Positions 1 to 9,310 are shown, counted from the first letter of the stretch. The stretch is DNA of 64,000 nt from an uncultured Rhabdochlamydiaceae bacterium (GCA_963712275.1 CAVQHD010000001.1:1408001-1472000); one strand, 5' to 3'. Numbers and translations: made by a program. The notes: generated by a model not told the origin, from the sequence alone.

Positions 1-2
1 AA

Positions 3-3000
3 AACCCCTCTTATACCAGCACATTACAAAAAGATCGCAGGCATCTGAAAGAAGTCCGGCAAGCCTGTGAAGTCGCCTTCCAACAAGGGAAACCCGCCGA
101 AGAAATCTCAGCCACCTTAACCCAGGCTTTTAAAGAGATACTCGTTCATCTCATCATCACTTCTCAACAACTACTTGGACCTCCTCCCGTCCGATGGGCA
201 GCCATAGCCACGGGTTCGATGGCTCGAGGCGAAATGTGCCCCTACTCCGACATTGAATTTGCATTTTTAATCGAAAAAGAAAGTCCAGAAGCCCTTACTT
301 ACTTCCGCTCTCTCTCGCACTTTTTACAACTCCGCATCATCAACCTCGGAGAAACCACCTTCCCCGTCTTTGGAGAAGGAGAGCCCAGTCCCACCTCAAA
401 TGGCTTTTGCCTCGACACCGGAGGCAACACCCCATTAGGAGTCGAAGGGTGGTATGAGCTCATTGCAGCACCTGAGCAGCTCGCTCGTTTTCAAACCCAC
501 CAGTGGATGGATGAAAACATCATCCTCACCAACACCCTCAACTGCGTCTCCCTCATTACAGGAGAGGAAAAGCTAGTTAAGAAATATGAGAAAGCAAAAG
601 ACAAAGTCGCCCAAGCAACTCCTCAAAAACTTAAACTGCCCAAAATCTCTCATAAAGCTATCTCCAATTTCCACCACGACCTTGCTTTCCGCCTTTTATA
701 CGGCCACTTGAAGGAATTTGAGCCCGACCTCTCCAAGGAAAAAGAGACCCTCCAGGCCTTTGGGATAAAAAAAGAACTCTACCGCCCCCTCCAAGAAGTC
801 CTTAGCAGCCTTGCCCTCTTCTACAACATCTCCGCAAAAAGCAGCTTTGATAAAATCGACGCCCTCCTCCAGTTAGGAGTCTTCTCTAAAAAAGGAGCTG
901 AAAACCTCAAAACAGCCCTCCGTCAAGTCCTTGCCTTACGTATCGAAGCCCACCTCTTCTATAAAACCGAGCAAGAGTTTTTGTTCCAGCTTGAATCTCA
1001 GCAGCCCGAAACCAAAAAAGAGGAAGCTAAAAAGCTCTCAAAAACCAGCTCACCGTCTGTAGAGAAAACCACATCGACGTGGCTCAAAGCGACAGTCACA
1101 CTAGATCAGTCCTCTACGCCTCCAGGCAAGTTAACAAGCCGCAAGACCCCTATCAACAAGCGCTCAAAATCCGACTCGCCGCCTGTAGAGAAAACCACAT
1201 CGACGTGGCTCAAAGCGACAGTCACATCGGAGAATCCATCACTGTCTATAGACGAGCCAGAGAGCGGCAAGACTCCTCCCAAACTGTATTTAGATGACAC
1301 CTCGCTAGACAAGCTTCAAGCGATCTACCGAGTCATCTTGCCATTTCATGCCTGTGCGAAAGAGTTTGTAGCCACTTCTAAGAAGGAAGCCTTTTGCAAA
1401 AGCGAGTTCTACGATGAAAGCCCTCTCACCCAAGGAGAAGCGTATGAAAAAACACTTCAGTACAAAAAGGCTCAACTTGCCCGCCAGCAAGCCGTTGCTT
1501 TAAACCCCAACGATGTCGATGCGCTTCTTGCTTTAGGAAAGGTTGAAGAGACGTTGGGCAACGCTCAAGAAGCGCTTCAGCGGCATCAGAAAGCACTTCA
1601 AATCGCGCAAAAAACCTATGGCGAAGATCACCCCACTGTGGCTGCAAGCTACAATAACATCGGAGCGGCCTTGGACGCCCTCGGGCGAGCTAGCGAGGCG
1701 CTGGACTCCCATCAAAAAGCGCTCAAGGTTCGGCTTGCCGTCTGTGGAGAAAACCACCCCACTGTGGCTGCAAGCTACAATAACATCGGAGCGGCCTTGG
1801 ACGCCCTCGGGCGAGCTAGCGAGGCGCTGGACTCCCATCAAAAAGCGCTCAAGGTTCGGCTTGCCGTCTGTGGAGAAAACCACCCCACTGTGGCTGCAAG
1901 CTACAATAACATCGGAGCGGCCTTGGGCGACCTCGGGCGGGCAAGCGAAGCGCTGGACTCCTATCAAAAAGCGCTCAAGATCCAGCTTGCCGTCTATGGC
2001 GAAAACCACCCTGATGTGGCTACAAGCTACAATAACATCGGAGCGGCCCTGAGAACCCTCGGGCGGGCAAGCGAAGCGCTGGACTCCCATCAAAAAGCGC
2101 TCAAGATCCGGCTTGTTGTCTATGGCGAAAACCATCCCACTGTGGCTACAAGCTACAATAACATCGGATTGACCCTTAAAGCTCTCGGGCGGGCAAGCGA
2201 AGCGCTGGACTTCCATCAAAAAGCGCTCAAGATCCAGCTTGCCGTCTATGGTGAAAACCACCCTGATGTGGCTGCAAGCTACAATAACATCGGATTGACC
2301 CTCCAAGCCCTCGGGCGGGCAAGCGAAGCGCTGGACTTCCATCAAAAAGCGCTCAAGATCTGGCTTGCTGTCTATGACGAAAACCACCCCACTGTGGCTG
2401 CAAGCTACAATAACATTGGATTGACCCTCAAAGCCCTCGGGCGGGCAAGCGAAGCGCTGGACTCCTTTCAAAAAGCGCTCAAGATCGAGCTTGCCATCTA
2501 TGGTGAAAACCGCCCTGATGTGGCTACAAGCTACAATAACATCGGATTGGCCCTGAGGACCCTCGGGCGGGCAAGCGAAGCGCTGGACTCTCATCAAAAA
2601 GTGCTCAAGATTTGGCTTGCCGTCTATGGCGAAAACCACCCCCATGTGGTTGCAAGCTACAATAACATCGGAGCGGCCCTCAAAGCTCTCGGGCGGGCAA
2701 GCGAGGCGCTGGACTCCTTTCAAAAAGCGCTCAAGATCTGGCTTGCTGTCTATGACGAAAACCACCCCACTGTGGCTGCAAGCTACAATAACATCGGATT
2801 GACCCTCCAAGCCCTCGGGCGGGCAAGCGAGGCGCTGAACTCCCATCAAAAAGCCTTTTTGATTGGTTGTAAGGTATATGATCAAAAACACCCTGATTTA
2901 ATCTTATACTTGAAAAATCTTATTGCTTGTTTAGAGAAACAAAAAACTCCTGAAAATCAGCGCCGGATGATACAAGAAGTTTATCCCTATTGTGTCAAGA

Positions 3001-3068
3001 CATTAGGAAAAGACGACGAGTTGACGCAAAAGCTCTTAGCAGCAGCATCTAACAGCAATAAGGTATAA
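3..3068 (+). CDS. Putative nucleotidyltransferase (GlnD/GlnE-like, DUF294-type) fused to a C-terminal TPR array; 5' end lies outside the window
   Basis: Frame is open from position 3. Contains the NTase motif GSMARGEMCPYSDIEF (GS-x-xR-xE-xxxxSD-x-[DE]), then a helical domain, then ten 42-aa TPR repeats (..HPTVAASYNNIG..). Confidence 0.8.
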   Translation, partial: NPSYTSTLQKDRRHLKEVRQACEVAFQQGKPAEEISATLTQAFKEILVHLIITSQQLLGPPPVRWAAIATGSMARGEMCPYSDIEFAFLIEKESPEALTYFRSLSHFLQLRIINLGETTFPVFGEGEPSPTSNGFCLDTGGNTPLGVEGWYELIAAPEQLARFQTHQWMDENIILTNTLNCVSLITGEEKLVKKYEKAKDKVAQATPQKLKLPKISHKAISNFHHDLAFRLLYGHLKEFEPDLSKEKETLQAFGIKKELYRPLQEVLSSLALFYNISAKSSFDKIDALLQLGVFSKKGAENLKTALRQVLALRIEAHLFYKTEQEFLFQLESQQPETKKEEAKKLSKTSSPSVEKTTSTWLKATVTLDQSSTPPGKLTSRKTPINKRSKSDSPPVEKTTSTWLKATVTSENPSLSIDEPESGKTPPKLYLDDTSLDKLQAIYRVILPFHACAKEFVATSKKEAFCKSEFYDESPLTQGEAYEKTLQYKKAQLARQQAVALNPNDVDALLALGKVEETLGNAQEALQRHQKALQIAQKTYGEDHPTVAASYNNIGAALDALGRASEALDSHQKALKVRLAVCGENHPTVAASYNNIGAALDALGRASEALDSHQKALKVRLAVCGENHPTVAASYNNIGAALGDLGRASEALDSYQKALKIQLAVYGENHPDVATSYNNIGAALRTLGRASEALDSHQKALKIRLVVYGENHPTVATSYNNIGLTLKALGRASEALDFHQKALKIQLAVYGENHPDVAASYNNIGLTLQALGRASEALDFHQKALKIWLAVYDENHPTVAASYNNIGLTLKALGRASEALDSFQKALKIELAIYGENRPDVATSYNNIGLALRTLGRASEALDSHQKVLKIWLAVYGENHPHVVASYNNIGAALKALGRASEALDSFQKALKIWLAVYDENHPTVAASYNNIGLTLQALGRASEALNSHQKAFLIGCKVYDQKHPDLILYLKNLIACLEKQKTPENQRRMIQEVYPYCVKTLGKDDELTQKLLAAASNSNKV
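1028..1293 (+). repeat. About two degenerate 126-bp TPR-unit copies, translated out of frame in the host protein
   Basis: ctgtagagaaaaccacatcgacgtggctcaaagcgacagtcaca occurs at 1057 and 1183 (period 126). The alternative frame (ORF 1079..1297) reads QQALKIRLAACRENHIDVAQSDSHIG, resembling the TPR consensus QKALKVRLAVCGENHPTVAASYNNIG. Confidence 0.85.
1620..2860 (+). repeat. Tandem array of ten 126-bp (42-aa) TPR repeats
   Basis: Ten SYNNIG-containing units at 126-bp spacing, highly similar at DNA level. Confidence 0.95.
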
Positions 3069-3165
3069 GTTTAAGTTTGCTTAGCTCGTCGGTGACAAGA
3101 AGCACTGCAGGATGGCATATCGTCATGAGTTTAATTACCGAGGCGCTAGAGGTTGTCATAAATCC

Positions 3166-3516
3166 CTAAGAGGGTGCTTCCTCGCTTGTAGCTTCGAGCG
3201 TCATGAGAGATTTGACTTCAAGTTGAGATTCGGCAATCACGACTTGCTTGCCTTCAACTTCGATGCGATAGAGCATGGTTTTGGGGCTTAAGGCCTTTTT
3301 TTCAAGCACTTTCAACGACTGCCCTGAACTGCCCCCAAAGCGGGCTCCGGAAAGTCGCTTCAAGAACCAGACCGTTCCAATCACTCCAACGATGAGAGCC
3401 AGGAGCGTTAAGAACATCTTTAAAAAAGCTCCTTCATAGCTAGGGAGGGCTTCTGAGGGAGCTGGCGTAACATCGGCAAGGAAAGTGAAAAGAAATAATA
3501 ACATGAACTTCATCAT
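3166..3516 (-). CDS. FliO/MopB-family small membrane protein
   Basis: TM segment (FLKMFLTLLALIVGVIGTVWFLKR) followed by LKVLEKKALSPKTMLYRIEVEGKQVVIAES, the FliO-like pattern. Confidence 0.7.
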   Translation of the reverse strand: MMKFMLLFLFTFLADVTPAPSEALPSYEGAFLKMFLTLLALIVGVIGTVWFLKRLSGARFGGSSGQSLKVLEKKALSPKTMLYRIEVEGKQVVIAESQLEVKSLMTLEATSEEAPS

Positions 3517-3560
3517 TGGGGATTATCTGTTTATTTTCAACTATGATACAGTTAAACGGT

Positions 3561-4847
3561 ATGAAAGCACTCGATTTAGCTCTCAAGGCCGGACGGCTTA
3601 GGCAAAGTCCGATCACCCATTTTGTGCATCATTGTGCAGAACATCGGCAGCACGCTCGGGAAACGATTCCTGTTTTTGAAAATTTCTGTTTTATTCTTGC
3701 CCTTTTTCGCACAAAAACCGCAGATAACGTTTTAGAGGGAAAGGATCTTTTAGAAAAGTTATTCGCCTTTCAAACCGCAGAAGGGTTTCCGGTTTATCTC
3801 CATGAATATCCTCAGTGCCGCTCTCGTGCTCTTTTGCAAAAAATCTCGCTGATTGCTGCAATTCTCCTAAGAGATTTTTCATCGGTTTTGGGAGAGGCGC
3901 TGAGAACTCGGCTCCAAGCTCTTTTAATGCCGATTGCTATTAAAGTCAATCCTCAAACTCCTGAGGATTGGGCTGAATTTTTAATTCAGACGCAAATCAC
4001 CGGAGATGATCAAACGGCTGCTCTTCAATTATGGGATTTTAAGGCTCTTTGTTTTAAAGGGGCTCAAAAACAAGACCGAGGGGAGCCTGCAGTGACGCTC
4101 TTCGACTTAATTTTGGGGCAGTGGACTGGACGGTACTCAGATCGAGCAGTTCAGGACCATCCGGTTCATTTGCAGGCAAGTTTAATCGATCCAAAGACGA
4201 TTTCTTTGCCTGAGAAATCTTCTGAGAAGAAGTGGATTAGAAGGTTTTGGGGAGAGGGGAGCCCTACGCACTCCTCTATGCTGCATACACAAGGAGAAGT
4301 CGCTGAAGAAGAGAGCTCTATTTTGATCGATCTCTCTGCTAAAGAGGTGCAAGATGAAGTCGAAATCGCCTATTTCCTCAACCGACATCCTCTGACGACT
4401 GTGTCAGTCTCTGGGAAAAAAGCAACCTCCTTTCAAATGGGAGAATCTGTTTACGTGGCTTCGGGAAGCGAAAAGTTTGAAATCGTCTTTTCTCTCGTTG
4501 AGGGAGAAGGGAGGTTTTGGGGGCATCTCTCTTTTGCCAACCGTCCAGGGCAAAAAGGAGCCCTTCAGCATGAAGAGGGAGTTGTAAAACTCCGATTTGG
4601 GGCCAAATCCGCGCTTTTTGGGCAGGATCCGGATTCTGCGCAAATAGCCTACTCTAGGTCGAGTATGTCAATTTGCGCAGAAACCGGCCCTGCCCAAAAA
4701 TCATCGAATTTGGCCTCCAAAGCGAGTTTTGCAATTCCCTCCGAAGCCTTTGATTGGGCGATTTCTCTTCGAACCATTGAGCGGAGGTCAAGATGCCTCG
4801 TTAGACTCGCATTTCAACCCGTTGGGATATATGCGGACTGCTGCTGA
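3561..4847 (+). CDS. Hypothetical protein carrying an in-frame palindromic-element insertion near its C-terminus
   Basis: Long ORF; ATG at 3561 (MKALDLAL) preferred as start. Residues EGVVKLRFG...FAIPS are encoded by the 4575-4741 element. Confidence 0.7.
   Translation: MKALDLALKAGRLRQSPITHFVHHCAEHRQHARETIPVFENFCFILALFRTKTADNVLEGKDLLEKLFAFQTAEGFPVYLHEYPQCRSRALLQKISLIAAILLRDFSSVLGEALRTRLQALLMPIAIKVNPQTPEDWAEFLIQTQITGDDQTAALQLWDFKALCFKGAQKQDRGEPAVTLFDLILGQWTGRYSDRAVQDHPVHLQASLIDPKTISLPEKSSEKKWIRRFWGEGSPTHSSMLHTQGEVAEEESSILIDLSAKEVQDEVEIAYFLNRHPLTTVSVSGKKATSFQMGESVYVASGSEKFEIVFSLVEGEGRFWGHLSFANRPGQKGALQHEEGVVKLRFGAKSALFGQDPDSAQIAYSRSSMSICAETGPAQKSSNLASKASFAIPSEAFDWAISLRTIERRSRCLVRLAFQPVGIYADCC
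4575..4741 (+). mobile_element. Family A palindromic MITE/RPE-like element, 167 bp, intragenic and in frame
   Basis: Ends GAGGGAGTTGTAAAACTC / GAGTTTTGCAATTCCCTC; the whole element folds as an imperfect hairpin; 9 differences from the copy at 16627-16793. Confidence 0.9.
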
Positions 4848-6072
4848 TTTGAACAAGCTTGACGAATCTCTATTTAAGAAGATTTCTCACGCGTTTTCCC
4901 CAGCTGAGCAGACACTGCTTCAATCGCAGTGGGAGCGCCTCCGAAAAATTGCTGTACAAAATGCAGGATATGGGTCATGGGGAGCTCATCTTTTACGACT
5001 CAGTCCTGTAGAGCTGGACTTGCTTGAGCAAACATTTAGGGAGACCATTCGAAGTATTGAAGGAGAGCACCTTCATTTAGAAGAGTCTCTTATGAGTGAG
5101 TGTTCTAATCTACCTGTTCTCCGTTTTTTACTCGATCAAACAGTGCGTTTGACGGATCTTTCCCTTGATCAGGAATCTGCAAAAGCAATGTTTTTAGAAT
5201 ACGATCCGAAGCTTGTCGCTCAATATCGGACCCATTTTCAAGAGGTGTTTAAATTTCTTGCTCATAACCTCATTTGGCAGGAGAGGGACCCCTTAGTTGC
5301 CGAAATGTTTTTAGGGAACTTAATTGCTCTTCTGCCGTATTTCGACTTTGAGCAAGGAGCCATCCTGCATTTGCTCAAGCGAATCGATGATCAATGGAGG
5401 CTCGTTTCCTACCAGCTGAAATACATTCCCTTGATTGAAGGGAAAATCCGCGCTTATGGGCTGGATCCTACCCAGGATAAGGCCTCTCCCATGCTCGTCT
5501 TTCAAGGAACCCCTTATCCAGCAGCCTCTGGATTTTTTGAGGCAATTTGGAGCGACTTACATCCAACGAAGTCTGTGGGGGAAGATATTTTTAAACAGGG
5601 GAAACCTCAGATTGACCAGTGGCTCGCAGGAAAAGAAAAAGTCGAATGTTACGGTCTCAGCTTAGGAGGAGCCTTAGCCTACCATGCAGGGCAAGCTTAC
5701 GGATCGCAAGTTGAAGTTCATGCCTATGTTGCGCCTGGGCTTATCCCCATGAAAGGAGGAATGTCGAGAATCCATGGACGGGTCTTTTTTCATTACAAAG
5801 ATCTCATCAAATCGATCGGCTTTCATCCTGAATCCGACCATTTTACAATTTATGCCGTCTTAACGAAAACAGAGCCGACGTTGATTGAGGCTCATACCAG
5901 ACCGCCGGGGATTGAGCCGACCCTCATTTTAAAGATCAACCCTCGCTATGAAAATCGAACATTTTCCAGATATTTCTTCAGCTTTCTTAAAATCGCTGTT
6001 TCAACCATTTTATTCCTCGTCTTATACCCGATTCACCTCTCCAATAAAATCGTTGAAAGCTTTAAGGAGTAA
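4831..6072 (+). CDS. Lipase/alpha-beta-hydrolase-like protein with a C-terminal hydrophobic segment
   Basis: LVFQGT and CYGLSLGGALA (GxSxG nucleophile elbow). ATG at 4831 overlaps the upstream gene end; the 4729 start lies inside the MITE. Confidence 0.6.
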   Translation: MRTAADLNKLDESLFKKISHAFSPAEQTLLQSQWERLRKIAVQNAGYGSWGAHLLRLSPVELDLLEQTFRETIRSIEGEHLHLEESLMSECSNLPVLRFLLDQTVRLTDLSLDQESAKAMFLEYDPKLVAQYRTHFQEVFKFLAHNLIWQERDPLVAEMFLGNLIALLPYFDFEQGAILHLLKRIDDQWRLVSYQLKYIPLIEGKIRAYGLDPTQDKASPMLVFQGTPYPAASGFFEAIWSDLHPTKSVGEDIFKQGKPQIDQWLAGKEKVECYGLSLGGALAYHAGQAYGSQVEVHAYVAPGLIPMKGGMSRIHGRVFFHYKDLIKSIGFHPESDHFTIYAVLTKTEPTLIEAHTRPPGIEPTLILKINPRYENRTFSRYFFSFLKIAVSTILFLVLYPIHLSNKIVESFKE

Positions 6073-6082
6073 AAAGACCAAT

Positions 6083-6270
6083 TTTTTCACCTTTAATTGC
6101 CATTTTTGGGCGAAAAGTGGCAATTCAAGGTGAAAAATACGTTCATTTAATTTAATTATAGTCCTCGAAGAGCAGCGTAACACTTTCTAAATCAACCGAT
6201 TATAGTATTTTTTGTAAATTTTCCCCTTAAGTTGCCATTTTTAGGCAAAAAATGGCATAATAAGGGAAAA
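6083..6270. promoter_or_regulatory. Pair of related operator-like palindromes with an IHF-consensus site between them
   Basis: TTGCCATTTTT..AAAA(A/G)TGGCA cores in hairpins 6083-6137 and 6219-6270; AATCAAccgaTTA at 6190-6202. Confidence 0.5.
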
Positions 6271-6282
6271 AAGTTGGAGTGT

Positions 6283-7437
6283 ATGGAATTTGTTCCTCGA
6301 TTTTTCAAGCCACCCAAGCAAAGTTATTTCCTTTTTGGCCCTCGGGGAACGGGAAAATCAACCTGGCTAAAATCTGAATATCCCACGGCCTTATGGATTG
6401 ACCTTTTAAACCTTGATGTTCTTCGCTTTTATTTAGCAGCCCCTGAGAGGTTGAGAGAGGTTGTAGGAGCTCTTCCTGATGATTCGGTGATAGTCATTGA
6501 TGAAGTACAGAAGATTCCCGAGATCTTGTCAGAAGTTCACGGTCTTATAGAGCAAAAAAGGGGATTAAAATTCATCCTCACAGGATCGAGTGCTAGAAAA
6601 TTGAAAAGGGCGGGAGTTGATTTGTTAGCAGGACGGGCTCTTTTGAAATACATGCCTCCCTTTTTTGCAGGAGAGCTCGGATCTCACTTTAACTTGCAAA
6701 AAGCCCTGGAAGTAGGGATGGTTCCACTGATTATACTTTCGGAATCTCCAAAGGAAGTTCTCCAGACTTACGCGGGAATTTATCTCAAAGAAGAAGTTTA
6801 TGCAGAGGGTCTGGTGAGAAGGATTGATGACTTTGCTCGCTTTTTAGAAGTGATTAGTTTTTCTCATGCTAATCAAATCAATCTTTCGAATATTGCTCGT
6901 GAATGCGAGATATCTAGAAAAACAATTGAGGGCTATATGCAGATTTTACAGGATCTGCTTTTAGCATTTATTGTTCCCATTTTTTCTCAAAGGGCTCAGC
7001 GAGTGCTTTCCCAGCATCCCAAGCTTTATCTTTTTGATGCGGGAGTTTTTCGTTCTCTAAGGCCGCAAAGCTTAAAAGATCAAAGCTTAGAATTACAAGG
7101 AGCTGCTCTTGAAGGATTAGTGGCTCAACATATTAAAGCCTGGATTAACAGCCAAGTTGGGAATTATCAAATCAGCTTTTGGCGTACGCAAGGGGGGTTG
7201 GAAGTCGATTTTATTGTGCTAGGGCCTGAAGGATTTTGGGCTATTGAAGTCAAAAACAGCTCTAGAATTCATTCTCGTGATTTACGTAGTTTAAAAGAAT
7301 TTAAGAAAGACTATCCGGAATGCGTGCCTCTTCTTCTCTTCCGAGGAAGCACCCGCCTTAAAAAGGACGGTATCCTTTGCATTCCTTGCGAAGAGTTTCT
7401 TCTTCAAATTCATCCGGATAAAAAGGCTCTTTTTTAG
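6283..7437 (+). CDS. AAA+ (AAA_14) ATPase with a DUF4143 C-terminal domain
   Basis: Walker A GPRGTGKST, Walker B IVIDEVQK, LTGSS, PKLYLFDAG, and FWRT..EVDF..AIEVK. Confidence 0.9.
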   Translation: MEFVPRFFKPPKQSYFLFGPRGTGKSTWLKSEYPTALWIDLLNLDVLRFYLAAPERLREVVGALPDDSVIVIDEVQKIPEILSEVHGLIEQKRGLKFILTGSSARKLKRAGVDLLAGRALLKYMPPFFAGELGSHFNLQKALEVGMVPLIILSESPKEVLQTYAGIYLKEEVYAEGLVRRIDDFARFLEVISFSHANQINLSNIARECEISRKTIEGYMQILQDLLLAFIVPIFSQRAQRVLSQHPKLYLFDAGVFRSLRPQSLKDQSLELQGAALEGLVAQHIKAWINSQVGNYQISFWRTQGGLEVDFIVLGPEGFWAIEVKNSSRIHSRDLRSLKEFKKDYPECVPLLLFRGSTRLKKDGILCIPCEEFLLQIHPDKKALF

Positions 7438-7440
7438 TTA

Positions 7441-8322
7441 TTAAAGAACAGCTGTGGCAGGCATTCCCATGGCGTGAAAGCCGTTGTCGACGTAAAGGGT
7501 AACGCCAGTGATGGCGGAGGCTGCTGGAGAGGCTAGGAAGAGGGCGGCAAGGCCGACTTCTTCGGCTTGGAGTTCTTTAGCAAGGGGGGCATTGGCTTTA
7601 TAGTAAGCAATCATGTGATCAATTGCGCCGATGGCTTTTGCGGCACGGCTTCCAAGAGGCCCTGCAGAAATGGTGTTGACGCGGATCTCCCATTTGCGTC
7701 CTGCTTCCCAGGCGAGCGTACGGGTATCACTTTCGAGAGCTGCTTTGGCAGAGCTCATCCCTCCTCCATATCCTGGAATGGCGCGCTCTGATGCGAGATA
7801 AGTCAGAGAAATAGTAGAGCCCCCCTTATGCATGAGAGGGCCAAAGTGTTGAAGAAGGCTGACAAAAGAATAAGCGGAAGAGCTAACGGCGGCAAGGTAG
7901 CCATTTCGAGAGGTTTCAAGGAGAGGTTTTTTAACTTCAGGTCCGTTCGCAAGGGAATGGACAAGGATGTCGATTTCCCCAAATTCTTCTTTAACCTTGG
8001 CTGCTACTTCAGAAATGGTGTATCCAGAGGCTCCTTGATACCGTTTATTGTCGCGAACCTCGGCTGGGACATCTTCTGGTTTGTCAAATGCAGCGTCTAG
8101 CGAATAGACTTTGAGGTATTCCATGAGTTTTCCGCTTGATAGTTTGCGCGACTCATCAAATTTGCCAAGAGCCCATGATTGAGTGAAAATTTTAACGATC
8201 GGAGTCCAAGTACCAATGAGGAGCTCAGCTCCTGCATCTGCAAGGGCTTTGGCAATCGCCCAGCCATATCCTTGATCGTCTCCAATTCCGGCGATAAATG
8301 CTTTTTTACCTTTCAAGTCCAT
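7441..8322 (-). CDS. fabI: Enoyl-ACP reductase, chlamydial/plastid type
   Basis: [50 protein letters not shown]. Confidence 0.95.
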   Translation of the reverse strand: MDLKGKKAFIAGIGDDQGYGWAIAKALADAGAELLIGTWTPIVKIFTQSWALGKFDESRKLSSGKLMEYLKVYSLDAAFDKPEDVPAEVRDNKRYQGASGYTISEVAAKVKEEFGEIDILVHSLANGPEVKKPLLETSRNGYLAAVSSSAYSFVSLLQHFGPLMHKGGSTISLTYLASERAIPGYGGGMSSAKAALESDTRTLAWEAGRKWEIRVNTISAGPLGSRAAKAIGAIDHMIAYYKANAPLAKELQAEEVGLAALFLASPAASAITGVTLYVDNGFHAMGMPATAVL

Positions 8323-8329
8323 AGACCTC

Positions 8330-9253
8330 TCAAGTTACTTTAGAAGCGGCAAGTTTTTTAGCCGTCTCTTCTTTTCGGGTGCGATAAAGGATGTACAGGT
8401 TGCTTCCAACGATGACAACAGCACCGACCAGGGTGAACACATCAGGCGGCTTATTCCACCAGAACAAGTCAAAGGCAACAACCCAGAAAAGAGTCGAGTA
8501 GTCAATAGGAGCCAAGATAGATCCTTGAGCAAATCGAAGGGCTTGAGCAATTGCATATTGTCCCGTTGCTGCAATGACACCGACAATGGCAAAGAGCCCC
8601 CAATGCTCCAGCGGCATCGGCTGCCATTTGTTGATGAGAAAAGGGAATGTCGCGAGCATCATCACTACATTAGGGTAGATGGCAATTGCTAAACTGTGCT
8701 CTGTAGCAGCAAGTTTGCGCATCAAAATTTTGTTCAAAGCGCCTGCGAAAGTTCCAAAAAGAACTATAAGGGCAGCGATCTCAAAGAGATTAGTGCCGGG
8801 GCGCATAGCTATGACCACACCAACCATCCCAATGCCAACGGCCACCCATCGATCCCAAGAAACTGCCTCCTTGAGCATCAGGGCGCTCAAGATGATCATA
8901 AAGAGGGAAGAGGTATAGCTGAGCGTGTAAATCGTCGTAAGAGAGGAGATAGAAAAGGCATACATGAAAGAGTAGGTATAGGCGAGGCTGACAAGGAGTC
9001 GGACTGCGTGGCGCAAAGGGTGACTTGTTCCAAGGACTTTTTTAACGCCTCCTTGAAAAAACATCATCACAAGTAGAGGGACAAGCCGTGTAACGGATCG
9101 CAAAAAAGCGGCTTGATCAACAGAGTAGGTCTTCATCAAGTGCTTGATAAGGGCGTCTGCTAATGCATAGAGAGCAAGCGCTGAAATCATGAGCACAATA
9201 CCAAGAACAGATCGATTTTGCAGCTGTCTGCTGGCATTTGATCCGATTGACAT
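8330..9253 (-). CDS. DMT/EamA-family transporter
   Basis: About ten TM segments in two EamA-like halves; LKEAVSW, IAMRPG, LAPIDY motifs. Confidence 0.85.
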   Translation of the reverse strand: MSIGSNASRQLQNRSVLGIVLMISALALYALADALIKHLMKTYSVDQAAFLRSVTRLVPLLVMMFFQGGVKKVLGTSHPLRHAVRLLVSLAYTYSFMYAFSISSLTTIYTLSYTSSLFMIILSALMLKEAVSWDRWVAVGIGMVGVVIAMRPGTNLFEIAALIVLFGTFAGALNKILMRKLAATEHSLAIAIYPNVVMMLATFPFLINKWQPMPLEHWGLFAIVGVIAATGQYAIAQALRFAQGSILAPIDYSTLFWVVAFDLFWWNKPPDVFTLVGAVVIVGSNLYILYRTRKEETAKKLAASKVT

Positions 9254-9310
9254 GAAACCTCCACAAAATAAAGGAGTTAGCCTACCACAGCAGATAGAAG
9301 ATGTAAACCT

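Noticed and set aside
1620..2860. Possible CRISPR array or DGR variable region
   Set aside because: The repeats are contiguous coding units with no unique spacers; no cas or reverse transcriptase genes in the window; variation is not evidently adenine-specific.
1533..2891. 452-aa antisense ORF (and shifted-frame ORFs 1543..2052, 2617..2802)
   Set aside because: Shadow of the 126-bp repeat array: a unit without stops propagates open frames. No independent coding evidence.
3166..3516. Evidence of a flagellar system
   Set aside because: A single FliO-like gene with no other flagellar genes nearby; isolated flagellar-export homologs are expected in chlamydiae.
4575..4741. Intein or self-splicing intron interpretation of the insert
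   Set aside because: No N-terminal C/S and C-terminal HN intein motifs, too short, and terminal inverted repeats point to a MITE. A target duplication could not be defined from the two copies.
4729..4830. N-terminal extension of the lipase-like ORF
   Set aside because: Start lies inside the family A element and overlaps the upstream gene; ATG 4831 is more plausible.
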